From positions 1 to 64,000 of the IMG/VR virus record IMGVR_UViG_3300030329_001736: a stretch of 64,000 nucleotides of DNA; one strand, written 5' to 3'. Position numbers and translations under genes: made by a program. This document shows positions 26,782-37,100 of this stretch, in pieces; the stretch's first letter is position 1, and each line of letters opens with the position of its first letter. The DNA is from a virus. The notes below the pieces were generated by a model. The model did no database searches, was not told where the DNA came from, and worked only from the letters and a program-made list of their open reading frames with translations.

Positions 26782-27750
26782 ATGGCTAATGCCACTCCAT
26801 CACGCCTAGGTCTCGTAGAAGCAACGGGAACAGGTTATGATGCCCTTTTCCTGAAAATCTTTTCGGGCGAGGTCATGGCTACCTTCAACGCTGCAACCGT
26901 AATGAAAGAGCGGGTGCGGCAACGTAACATCTCCTCAGGTAAGTCGGCCCAATTTCCGGCAGTTGGTAAGTCAAGTAGTTCTTATCATTCGCCTGGGGCA
27001 GAAATCGTAGGTACTGCGATTAAACACAATGAAAAAGTCATCACAATTGATGATCTTCTCATTGCTCATGCCTTCATCGCGAACATTGATGAAGCTAAAA
27101 ATCACTATGATGTTCGTAGTGAATATAGCACCCAACTGGGTGAAGCTCTTGCACAGACATATGACCGTAACTTGCTGTCTATGGCTGTCAAGGATTGCGC
27201 CACCCCGCCCACGGCAATTGCCGATCAAGGCACCTCAGAACAGATCGTTCAGTCTTCTGTCTTGAACATGGGCACTGCCGCTGATGTTACCACATTGGTC
27301 GGTCAGATTTACGACGCGGCTCAGAAGCTGGACGAAAAGAATGTCCCGCGTAACGACCGATATGTGTTCGTAACCCCTGCCGCATATTATGGTATCGTCC
27401 AGAATGACAAGATTGTGAACCGCGACTTTGGTGGTTCTAATGGCGTCTACTCTGACGGCACTGTGATTAATGTTGCGGGTATGCAAGTTGTTATGACCAA
27501 CAACCTTGCCCTTAATCACCCGTCCGTAACTACGGATACCGCTGCTAATAAGTACGGCGTTAATGCTAGTTCTTATCTTGCAGTTGTGATGCAGAAACAA
27601 GCCTTGGGAACCGTCGAGCTTCTATCGATTGCATCTGAGGCTGAATACGACATTCGTCGTCAAGGCACGTTGATGGTAAGCAAGATGGCGGTCGGCCATG
27701 GAACCTTGCGACCGGAGTGTATGGTAGCGATTAAGAACGCCACCTCGTAA
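26782..27750 (+). CDS. Major capsid protein (gp10-like)
   Basis: ALFLKIFSGEV, ISSGKSAQFP, ITIDDLL, YDVRSEYS, GHGTLRPEC. Confidence 0.97.
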   Translation: MANATPSRLGLVEATGTGYDALFLKIFSGEVMATFNAATVMKERVRQRNISSGKSAQFPAVGKSSSSYHSPGAEIVGTAIKHNEKVITIDDLLIAHAFIANIDEAKNHYDVRSEYSTQLGEALAQTYDRNLLSMAVKDCATPPTAIADQGTSEQIVQSSVLNMGTAADVTTLVGQIYDAAQKLDEKNVPRNDRYVFVTPAAYYGIVQNDKIVNRDFGGSNGVYSDGTVINVAGMQVVMTNNLALNHPSVTTDTAANKYGVNASSYLAVVMQKQALGTVELLSIASEAEYDIRRQGTLMVSKMAVGHGTLRPECMVAIKNATS

Positions 27751-27765
27751 TACCTCCTCTACACA

Positions 27766-27804
27766 GAGGCACCTCAGATTAACTTCTGGGGTGCCTCATT
27801 TTTT
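27766..27804 (+). terminator. T-phi-like terminator
   Basis: gaggcacctcaga...tctggggtgcctc stem plus T6, after the capsid gene. Confidence 0.9.
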
Positions 27805-27820
27805 ATTTGAGAGATAATAA

Positions 27821-28441
27821 ATGGCAATTGTCACCCCAACCACAGAGCTAGAAGCCGTAAACATTATGCTCAGTATGATTGGAGAAAGCCCTGTAAATAC
27901 GTTGGAAGATGACAATGTTGTAGATGCAGCAATCGCAAGAAATATTTTAAGCAACACTAATAGAGAACTTCAAAGCATCGGGTGGAATTTTAACACTGAA
28001 ATAGGATACCCGATTCTTAAAGATAACGAAGGCAAGTTCCCTGTGCCTAGTAATACAGCAAGGATTGACACTGTTAATACCGTAGACTCAAGTTCCGCTA
28101 CGGATTACGACCTAGTTCTCAGGGGTAAATATTTATACGATAGAAAAAACCACACATATTCTCCAGATACAACAAAAGTCACTGTAGATATTGTAGTGAT
28201 GCTTGCTTTTGAAGACCTCCCTGAGACAGCCCGAAGATATATTACGTTAAAAAGCGGCAGGATGTTTGGTGAACGGCATCTGGGGGCTGTGGTTACAGAC
28301 ACTTCACAACGAGATGAAGCCCTTGCTTATGCGGCCTTGAAAAATGATGAAGTGTGGACGGGCGATTACAACATGATTAAAGACGATATAACCCCTCTAA
28401 ACATTGTACGTCGCTTTGGGTTCGACAGGGGCGTTTATTAA
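27821..28441 (+). CDS. Tail tubular protein A (gp11-like)
   Basis: TELEAVN.ML..IGESPV, GWNFNTE, FEDLPE..R.YI. Confidence 0.93.
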   Translation: MAIVTPTTELEAVNIMLSMIGESPVNTLEDDNVVDAAIARNILSNTNRELQSIGWNFNTEIGYPILKDNEGKFPVPSNTARIDTVNTVDSSSATDYDLVLRGKYLYDRKNHTYSPDTTKVTVDIVVMLAFEDLPETARRYITLKSGRMFGERHLGAVVTDTSQRDEALAYAALKNDEVWTGDYNMIKDDITPLNIVRRFGFDRGVY

Positions 28442-30762
28442 TGCCTCTGATATCATCCGCACTTCCCAACATGATCAATGGGGTGTCACAACAACCTCCA
28501 CCAATCAGGCTGGAGACAAGTTGTCAGGAGATGATAAACGCATTCCCGTCTGTGGTTACTGGGCTACAAAAACGCCCACATACTAACTACATTTCTGAGC
28601 TAAATACGAGTGTTACTATTCCAGACGACGCAGCGATACATCTTGTACAACGAGATGCAACGGAACAATACATAATTGTGTGTGTCAACGGTGATCTAGA
28701 AGTATATGATCTGTCTGGTAACAAAAAGACCGTAAGCTTTCCCAATGGAAAATCCTATTTATCTACAAACAAACCAAATGAACAGCTAAGGTTTTTATCA
28801 GTAGCAGATCAAACATGGATTGTTAACACTTCAGTATCTACTGCGGCTGCGGCTACTACTGAAACTAGAACAGACCCAAAGACTCAGGCTACCATATACA
28901 TATTCCAAGCGGTCGCTAATAAAACCTATGCCATATACATAAATGGAACGCTTAGGGCGACCACCACGACAAATACAAATACTTCAGAAGCCACCGCACT
29001 AGAGGGCACTGATGAAATTGCCACTGCGCTGAAGAATGCGTTGGTGACCGCTGGATATACAGCGACTACAGAAAACAGTGCGGTTTGCATCAGTGGACTT
29101 AGCACCACTGATAAGGTGGAGGTGACCGAAGGGTACGGTGGTCGCTCAATGCGGGTATTTAAAGATGAAATACAGGAGTTTTCTAAGCTTCCCCCACAAG
29201 ACGTTGATAATCGTCTAGTTAAAATTAAAGGAGACATTGAAGAATCTGGTGACGATTACTGGGTATTTTACCTAGACAATGTGTGGACGGAGACTGTTGG
29301 TTATAATTCCGGCAGAGAACTGACAGCTTCTACTATGCCTCATATCTTAACCCGGAATTCTGACGGCACGTTTACCTTTGATAGAGACACTTGGGCTACT
29401 AGAATTTCAGGAGACGATAATACTAATAGTGATCCCTCGTTTGTTGGTAACAAGATAAACGACATTTTCTTACACAAAGGCAGAATGGGATTTCTGTCCG
29501 GAGAAAATGTAATATTTAGTGAAAACCAAGAATTTGAAAACTTTTGGCGCACCACGACTGTGCAGCTTCTCGACACTGAGCGTATTGATGTAGCCAGCAC
29601 AACAAACAGAGTGTCTACACTATACCACGCTATTCCGTACAATAGAACACTTATGTTATTTTCGGATAAAGCACAGTTTGAGGTGACTGAAGGGGACTCG
29701 TTGTCTCCTAAAACAGTGGGATTGGATATCGCCACTAGTTTTGATGCTAGTATTAAAGCAAAGCCGACATCTGTAGGACCGAATGTATATTTTGCCGTGG
29801 ATGGAATTTCTCATGCTAATTTAAGAGAACTGTTTGTTACAGATCAGGCAGACAATAAAGATAGCTCTGAAATTACAGTACAGATTCCAAGGTACATCCC
29901 AGCGAACATAGTCAAAATGGCGTCTTCTACCACGGACGATATCATGGCTGTGTTAAGCTCTGGAGACCGTACAACATTGTACATATACAAATGGTATATG
30001 TCTGGAGATGAGAAACTTCAATCATCGTGGGGGAAGTGGACATTTCCTGCCGGGTACACAATCCTCACCATGGAATTTTTAGAACAGAACTTATTTGTCG
30101 TATATAAGTCCAATTCCGGTGTACACCTAGATAAGATAATGCTCACCGAGGGAGAGGGGGTGGATGCTGTCCCTGATGACGTACTTATAGATAGGCGCGT
30201 ATCTAACGCAGAATGTACTGAAAGTTACAATAGCACCACCGATCAAACCACTATTACTGTTCCATACACTGAGTCGGCTGATTGGACGTTGGTTGAAAGC
30301 GACGGAACCGTTCCAATAATTGTGTCTCAGAGTACAACGCAGATTGTTGTTTCTGGTGATGTAACATCTAAAAATTACCATGTTGGAATTCCTTACACGT
30401 TTGAATATCACTACAGCCAGCAGTTTTTACGTGATGGGGAACGGGGGGCACAGGTTCCCGTACAGGATGGGCGTCTACAATTACGCTATATGTCACTGTT
30501 GTACTTAAACACCGCGCAGTTTGAAGTCACTGTAGAACCAACAAATAAACCAATTAAAACCTATAAATTCACCGGTAGGGTATTAGGTTCAAGCGGGAAT
30601 ATCATAGGACAAACCAGCTATGACACTGGTGAGTTTAGGTTTCCAGTGTTCAGTAAAAATGATGAAGTAGAAATAAAGATTAAAAATGATACGCCATTTA
30701 ACTCCTCATTCTCATCGACAGAATGGGAGGCAATGTACACCCCAAAAGCTAAACGAATATGA
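28441..30762 (+). CDS. Tail tubular protein B (gp12-like)
   Basis: GVSQQP, GL.KRP, MPH.L.R, PSFVG, Q.SW.KW, GRLQLR. Confidence 0.95.
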   Translation: MPLISSALPNMINGVSQQPPPIRLETSCQEMINAFPSVVTGLQKRPHTNYISELNTSVTIPDDAAIHLVQRDATEQYIIVCVNGDLEVYDLSGNKKTVSFPNGKSYLSTNKPNEQLRFLSVADQTWIVNTSVSTAAAATTETRTDPKTQATIYIFQAVANKTYAIYINGTLRATTTTNTNTSEATALEGTDEIATALKNALVTAGYTATTENSAVCISGLSTTDKVEVTEGYGGRSMRVFKDEIQEFSKLPPQDVDNRLVKIKGDIEESGDDYWVFYLDNVWTETVGYNSGRELTASTMPHILTRNSDGTFTFDRDTWATRISGDDNTNSDPSFVGNKINDIFLHKGRMGFLSGENVIFSENQEFENFWRTTTVQLLDTERIDVASTTNRVSTLYHAIPYNRTLMLFSDKAQFEVTEGDSLSPKTVGLDIATSFDASIKAKPTSVGPNVYFAVDGISHANLRELFVTDQADNKDSSEITVQIPRYIPANIVKMASSTTDDIMAVLSSGDRTTLYIYKWYMSGDEKLQSSWGKWTFPAGYTILTMEFLEQNLFVVYKSNSGVHLDKIMLTEGEGVDAVPDDVLIDRRVSNAECTESYNSTTDQTTITVPYTESADWTLVESDGTVPIIVSQSTTQIVVSGDVTSKNYHVGIPYTFEYHYSQQFLRDGERGAQVPVQDGRLQLRYMSLLYLNTAQFEVTVEPTNKPIKTYKFTGRVLGSSGNIIGQTSYDTGEFRFPVFSKNDEVEIKIKNDTPFNSSFSSTEWEAMYTPKAKRI

Positions 30763-31195
30763 GGTAAGGGACTGCGTTCCTTCCGATATCCCATATTTAG
30801 CAGAGAACCTTAGGCAGTCAGACAAAGACGAGTTATACGCTGCATCTGGGAGAGACACGTTTAGTAGTTTGTTTTCCAGCGCCATGGTTTCAGATTATCT
30901 AAAAGTAGCTACCAACGATAGTAACCCGTTTATGATTTTTGGTACAACACCAACTGGTTCTGTGTGGATGGTGGGAACTCCGGTACTGGAACAATTTACA
31001 ATCCCTTTCTTACGATTGAATAGACAGTACATAAGTGAATTACACACCCGTCACAAACTGTTGTGGAACTACACAGATTGTAGAAACCATGTACACCATA
31101 GATGGTTAAAATGGTTAGGTTTTGTGTTTATCAGAAAGTGTCCATATGGACCATTCCAAAGGGACTTCTACGAATTTGCTAGAATAGGACAGTAA
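30686..31195 (+). CDS. GNAT-fold protein (gp13-like)
   Basis: NLR..D..E, VW.VGT, N....RN..H.RWL.WLGF. Confidence 0.8.
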   Translation: MIRHLTPHSHRQNGRQCTPQKLNEYEVRDCVPSDIPYLAENLRQSDKDELYAASGRDTFSSLFSSAMVSDYLKVATNDSNPFMIFGTTPTGSVWMVGTPVLEQFTIPFLRLNRQYISELHTRHKLLWNYTDCRNHVHHRWLKWLGFVFIRKCPYGPFQRDFYEFARIGQ

Positions 31196-31198
31196 TGA

Positions 31199-31768
31199 AT
31201 GTGTGAACCCGCTACTATTGGTCTTGCACTCAGCATAGCGTCTGCTGCTGTAGGATACGTTCAGTCTGTCCAAGCAACCAACGAGAAAAACGCCCAGATC
31301 GAAGCGGAGAATCTTGCTAAGTCAGAATCTGATCGTCAGGCAAGAATAGCAGCAAACCAAGAGCGTGAAGATTTAGAAAATCAAGCCCGTGTGGAATCTG
31401 AACGTATCTTAAAGGATGAATACGAAAACCAACTTGCTGCAAGGGCAACAGCAGCAGAATTAAAAACACAAGCCTCTAGTTATGGGTTGAACATGGCAGG
31501 GTCAGTTGTAGAAGCGTGGGATGAACTTAATGCCGCTGGGTACAGAAGTGAAGCTTCAGCAGTCGAAGAAATGGCCCAGGTTCAAGATCAGCTTGTAGCT
31601 AACAAACGCGGTGTGAAAACTAAAGAACGCCGTCGAATAGAAGAGAACAGGTTGCTCCCTTACAGGTCTGCGCCCAGCCCTCTAGGAGCGGTATTAGAGA
31701 TAGGGGCAAGTACTAATAAATACGCCGATAAAAAGGGTGGATATGCTAAGGCATTCGGAGTTTCGTAA
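31199..31768 (+). CDS. Internal virion protein (gp14-like)
   Basis: MCEP start, hydrophobic N-terminus, coiled coil; position. Confidence 0.75.
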   Translation: MCEPATIGLALSIASAAVGYVQSVQATNEKNAQIEAENLAKSESDRQARIAANQEREDLENQARVESERILKDEYENQLAARATAAELKTQASSYGLNMAGSVVEAWDELNAAGYRSEASAVEEMAQVQDQLVANKRGVKTKERRRIEENRLLPYRSAPSPLGAVLEIGASTNKYADKKGGYAKAFGVS

Positions 31769-34152
31769 TGGCACCTAGATCAAAGATTGCAGTTCCTGAT
31801 GTCAGGAGAATGCGGAATCTCTTATCCCCTGTAGATACTTATGTTCAGACCAAGCCGCAATACACATCTGATGCGTATGATGATAAATCCAAAGCTTTAG
31901 CGGAGTTGAAGAAAGCTCTCGGTGTCGCTCAGGCAGAAAATAAAGAACAAGAGAAAATCTGGCAGAAGAAGAAAGACAAGGAAGACAAAGCCGCAGCAAC
32001 AAGAGCGGCAATGTTGCAAAAATTAGGCGACGGAAACCTTGATGCTGTATCTGGTGAAAGACTGCACCCAGAACAAAGCGAGTTGTTTCATGATGTTTAC
32101 AACGAGAAACTGGGAAACATACACGCAACAAAATGGCAAAGGTCGCTTTTAGAAAAATATGAAAAAGAAAAAGGTGCGATTTTCGACATTCCGTCTTGGC
32201 TATCGGGTGAAACACAGACCTATCTTAATTCTCTAGGAGAAAACCCTAGTTATATTGCTGGGGCATATCCAATTATTCAACAGGTTTCTGCAAATCTAGT
32301 TTCTAGTCACGTTAAGTATAAACGTGAAGTTAATCATAATAATATGAAAGTGGCTTTGGCTCAGGTTTGGTCAAACGCCTATGGTGACCATACCCGCGAC
32401 CCAGCGAAGGCAATTGAACAAAACTGGAAGGACTTACAAATTGCAATTGTTTATGGCACCACCGGGCAAGATCGCGTAACTCTAAGGAGTGATTTCTTTA
32501 CCCATGCAATTTCCAGTGCAGAATCCATGGACCCTAGCAGAGGAATTCTATTACTTAACGCTTTAAAACAACTTGGCGTCAACAAACAGTATGTTCTTAA
32601 AGAACAGACCCCTGATGGAATTCGTAGCACCCCTACCGGATTGAGTTCAAAAGAGTTGTTAGCCGTAGAAAATGCCATAGATAATCTAGAACAAGAAGAT
32701 CGCAAACAGAGAGACCTTGATAGGGATATTAGAACAAACTTAATAGCCGACAATACAGCTAAAGCAATTGCTGCATTTACGGAGTATAGGTTTCAACTGG
32801 GATCAAAAATCCCAACCCTTGCAGATAAAAGAGCTTGGATTACGAAATACAAGAAAGCCAACAAGCTTGATGTAAACAACTTTGACATTGGTAAATGGGA
32901 ATCGACAGTAGACGCACGGATCAGTAATGATCAAACCGCAATTGAACATCAAGCCAGAGGTCCTCTTATTAGCGATGCTGAAAAAGCTATACGAACTAGC
33001 AAAGCAACGGGAGAAGCGCTGGCGGCGTTCCATGTAACAGGAAGTAATCGTCAAGAAGATGTTGAGAAAGAAGTTACGAAAGTATTAGCTAAGTATCCAC
33101 ACGCAAACCCTGCCGTAATACGCGCCGCGCTTCTAAGGTCTATGTCCGGTACTGGCGTACACGCACAGATTAACAAATTTCAGAAATCTACAGACAAGCT
33201 GTTTAAAGTATTTGGTTATGATTCTATGGGATATTCAACGGCATTGGGAGTATCTATTGCTGCCAATTTTCATTCCGAGTTAGTTGAGATAGAAAAAACA
33301 TTGGAAAATACTCCCGGCATAACGCAGATTAGTTACGGCGGGGAAGTTTATCATACAGATAAAAAAATCGGAATTTTGAACCTTCGGGATGCAATATTAG
33401 AAAGTGTTTTTAAAGAAGCTGTAGAGGACAGTACACACCTACAGACAATATTGAAAGGTCCGAACGATCCAGAAAACAAAGACGACTGGAATTCAGTAGA
33501 TTCAATTAATAAGGTTTCAAAAAAGACAATCTATGAGGTATTGACAAGATACGGAGTCGGTACACCAGTAGTAGAAGAAGAAAAAGCAGCCGACCCAGCC
33601 GCTGAATTATCTGACGCTGCAAAGGTTATATATGAGAGTAAATTAAAAGATCAAATTGCTAAAAACGCCGGAAAACCGGTATTGGATAAGACTAAACGGA
33701 TGCTTGCGTTCGCCGCAGCGAAAGAAGCGGAAAAAGCGTCTTCTAACATACCGTCGAAGCCCAGTGAAAGCCCCTTAAATATTGATTCAGGAATTAACGA
33801 TCTGTTAAAACAATATGGATCAGATAGTGAACGGGAATTCAAATCCACAGCAGGGAGGGGAACTCAAGGTCAACGTCTTACTGCTGAACAAATAGATAAC
33901 TTCCTTGATTTCCTTGTCAAAGTTGGCGCGGCAGGGTTGTACAAATCAGAAGATGTGTTTGACGGAGCGCAAAATAGGCGTGAGAAAGTAGACACTAAGA
34001 AAACAGAGGTTCCTTTAAACACAGAAACACAAAAAGAACTATTCAATAGGTTCTTTGATTTAACCAGAATGGGAATGCGGGCCGCATACTTTGATGCTCT
34101 GTGGAATCAAGTAGAACAAAGATTATTAAATACAGGAATGGGCAATGAGTGA
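31768..34152 (+). CDS. Internal virion protein (gp15-like)
   Basis: Size, position and helical composition. Confidence 0.65.
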   Translation: MAPRSKIAVPDVRRMRNLLSPVDTYVQTKPQYTSDAYDDKSKALAELKKALGVAQAENKEQEKIWQKKKDKEDKAAATRAAMLQKLGDGNLDAVSGERLHPEQSELFHDVYNEKLGNIHATKWQRSLLEKYEKEKGAIFDIPSWLSGETQTYLNSLGENPSYIAGAYPIIQQVSANLVSSHVKYKREVNHNNMKVALAQVWSNAYGDHTRDPAKAIEQNWKDLQIAIVYGTTGQDRVTLRSDFFTHAISSAESMDPSRGILLLNALKQLGVNKQYVLKEQTPDGIRSTPTGLSSKELLAVENAIDNLEQEDRKQRDLDRDIRTNLIADNTAKAIAAFTEYRFQLGSKIPTLADKRAWITKYKKANKLDVNNFDIGKWESTVDARISNDQTAIEHQARGPLISDAEKAIRTSKATGEALAAFHVTGSNRQEDVEKEVTKVLAKYPHANPAVIRAALLRSMSGTGVHAQINKFQKSTDKLFKVFGYDSMGYSTALGVSIAANFHSELVEIEKTLENTPGITQISYGGEVYHTDKKIGILNLRDAILESVFKEAVEDSTHLQTILKGPNDPENKDDWNSVDSINKVSKKTIYEVLTRYGVGTPVVEEEKAADPAAELSDAAKVIYESKLKDQIAKNAGKPVLDKTKRMLAFAAAKEAEKASSNIPSKPSESPLNIDSGINDLLKQYGSDSEREFKSTAGRGTQGQRLTAEQIDNFLDFLVKVGAAGLYKSEDVFDGAQNRREKVDTKKTEVPLNTETQKELFNRFFDLTRMGMRAAYFDALWNQVEQRLLNTGMGNE

Positions 34153-37100
34153 CGCCTTTAACCTTGACGAAGAAACCAAACAAACAATTGAGTTACTAAA
34201 ATCGGACCCAGAACAGTACACTGAGATTTTTGATTCTTTGTACGGAAAGGGGATGTCTGCACAAGTTTTAGGCCAGCAGGATGCATTTTCAGTGTCCGAA
34301 GTAACAGCCCCACCGGAGACAGAGGATGATGGGGGAGCGTGGTTTGAAGTGGGAGACACGATACAGGGTGTTGCCCACGGTGTTGCTAAGGCAGGAGAGG
34401 CTATTATGAGCCTTGCTGACACACCGGCTCAGTGGCTCAGTGAGAATGTCGGTACGGTCACAATGTTTGATCCAGTAACCGGGGAATTTGACCCCCAAAT
34501 ATTATCTGGAGAAGAAGTAACAGAGTACATCAAACAGGGCGGGTCCACTGATTTTGGAAATGCTGCTAGTGACCTCATTGGAGCCCCAGATACTGTAGTA
34601 GGAAGCGGGGTGTCTGGCATTACACAGTTTGTTGTTGGCTGGGTCGGGCCTGGTAAGTTTGCCAAAGCTGCAACTTTTATAAAAGCAGGAACAGCACACG
34701 CAGCTAAGAAAAAAGGATTATCCAAAGCTGCCACAACACGGGCTGTACAGAGGGCTGAACGGCAGTTTAATCCGACTAAGAAATTCCAAGTAGCGGAAGG
34801 TATGGTGCGGGGAGCTATCGCTGACTTCACCGCGTTTGAAGGGTCTGACGGAAACCTTTCAAATTGGCTCCATGAAATGGGAGTGGATAACGCGATAACA
34901 GAAGGGTTAATGACTAACCCTGAAGATGGCGAGCTTATCAACAGAATGAAGACAGCACTAGAAGGCGTGGTGCTAGGGGGAATGATTGAAGGCGTCATCC
35001 TTGCATTCAGGGCACGAAGCCACTTGATGAAAGGCAATGCTGAAGAAGCCAACACACTTGCAACTGAAGCAGAAACGTCACTTAAAGACGGAGCGGCCAA
35101 GGAACAAGAAGCTTTGGGTGCCAGAGAGCAAGAGGCAATGGACGGCACCCCAGCCCCAAAGGAAATCAACGACAATCCTGATTTAGAGGAAGTGACCTTT
35201 AGACACTATGACGCTGAAGGAGAGACACCGCTATTTCCAGAGACTGCCTCAGAACGTGCAGCTAGGAAGCTAAACGAACAAGAGGACATTCGCAGCTATA
35301 ACGAAAGCCTGAGAAACCCTAACAGTCCCCACTTCAAGGGCACACAGGAATTAGCGGATACTATATTGCACGGCTCTGGTATTCGTATGCAACAAACGGG
35401 AGAATCGTTTGATCCTCAAACATTTGGAGGAGATCGTGCGAAGCAAGCCGCTAACTTCTCTAGGCGCCTTCGCATTGTAACAGACGATGATGATATTCAG
35501 GACGTTTTAATAACTGTAGGGCAGCGGCTTGAAGATGAATTCAAAATTCTCAAAGGTGGGGATGTACAAAGCCACGTTGAAGTCAGACAACGATTAAACG
35601 GATACGCGACCACACTCGCGAAGCTGTACAAAGAATCTCCTAAAAAGTTATTAGATAGGTTCAGTGAGTTATCTCCCGGTGACTATACCAAACTCGCTGC
35701 TGATCTTGCTGCTAAGTCCCAATTTGCGGACACACTTGCGAAACATATAGCCCAGACGGCAAGGACTTGGACCAGTTTCAAAGAAGGTGTAATCGATGAA
35801 GATAGATTGAAGGAGCTTGGCTTTGAGTCAAAAGAAGATTTTAAGCTGCAATCGATGGCTATGGTTGAACTATACGGCAATCTTGAAGGGATTGTAAGGG
35901 GACAAGTCACAGCAGTAGCCCGTGCATTGAACGCACAAAAGATGAGTTACAAAGAAGGGACCATGCTTAACAAGGCTCTGATTGCAAAAATGGGCCGATC
36001 TGAGTCTGCGATGACTGCATACTTTAGGGATGTTGTTGAAGCGTCGAATGCGGGGGGTCACAGGAATATCCCAAGTCCAAAAGACATTGCATCTCGTTGG
36101 GACCGTCTTAACAGTTTGCGAATTAACTTTATGCTGTCTGGCCCAAACACCCAGATAATAAACACCGTATCAAACTTTATGAACATGAACCTGTTGCCTA
36201 TGGAACAAGCAATGGGTGGAGCGGTGGCTGGCGACCGACAGGAAATCATGCGCGGCATAAGGCAACTAGGAGCCACCTATGGTTCTATGTGGAACGCCAT
36301 GAAAATGGCCGCAAGGGCACTCAAAGAAGACCAGACCATTCTTGATCAGTTAAACAAGGTGGAACAAGACGAGCTTCAGCAGGGAATATTTGGGGGAGAG
36401 AAAGTCTCGTTTTCTAACATTGCTGAGTTCAAACGGACAGGAAAAAGTGTAAGAAACTGGGCGAACCTTACGACCACCCTGCCTTCACGGTTGCTGTTGT
36501 TTTCCGATGAATTCTTTAAACAGGCGACCTACAGCGGAAAGCTACATGCTGATCTATGGGTAGCAGGGCAAAAGGAAATAGCAGATGGGAAGCTTACAAA
36601 AGACAAGTTAACGGATTGGATAAACACCAAGGCAAAAGAAGCTTACGACCCAGAAACAGGTGCGGCAGTTGCAACAACAAAGGCAGGGGCGAAACTAAGC
36701 CCGCACTCAAAAGCGGCATTGGATATAGCAAGGGAATCCACCTTTACCACAGAATTAGATGGATTTTTTGCAACGATACAAGCACTGGCTATCAAATATC
36801 CAGCCGCAAGGTTTGTCCTTCCGTTTGTCAGAACCCCAACTAACTTGCTTTTAGCCACTTGGCGACGCGCCCCTGGCGTTAACTTGGCGAGAAAACAGGG
36901 GAAGATTCGACGCGATCTAAGAAGCAGCGACCCCTCAATTAGAGCGCAAGCCCGTGGAAAAATATTCACTGGCTGGGCAATAACAGGAGTTGCTGGATTT
37001 CTTGCACACAGTGGAATCATTACAGGTTCTGGACCGAGCAACCCAAAAGACAAGAAAGAACTGATGGCTACTGGGTGGCGTCCTTATAGCATCCGAAGGG

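Noticed and set aside
27700-27760. Capsid 10B-type programmed frameshift
   Set aside because: No slippery sequence, and the terminator follows immediately.
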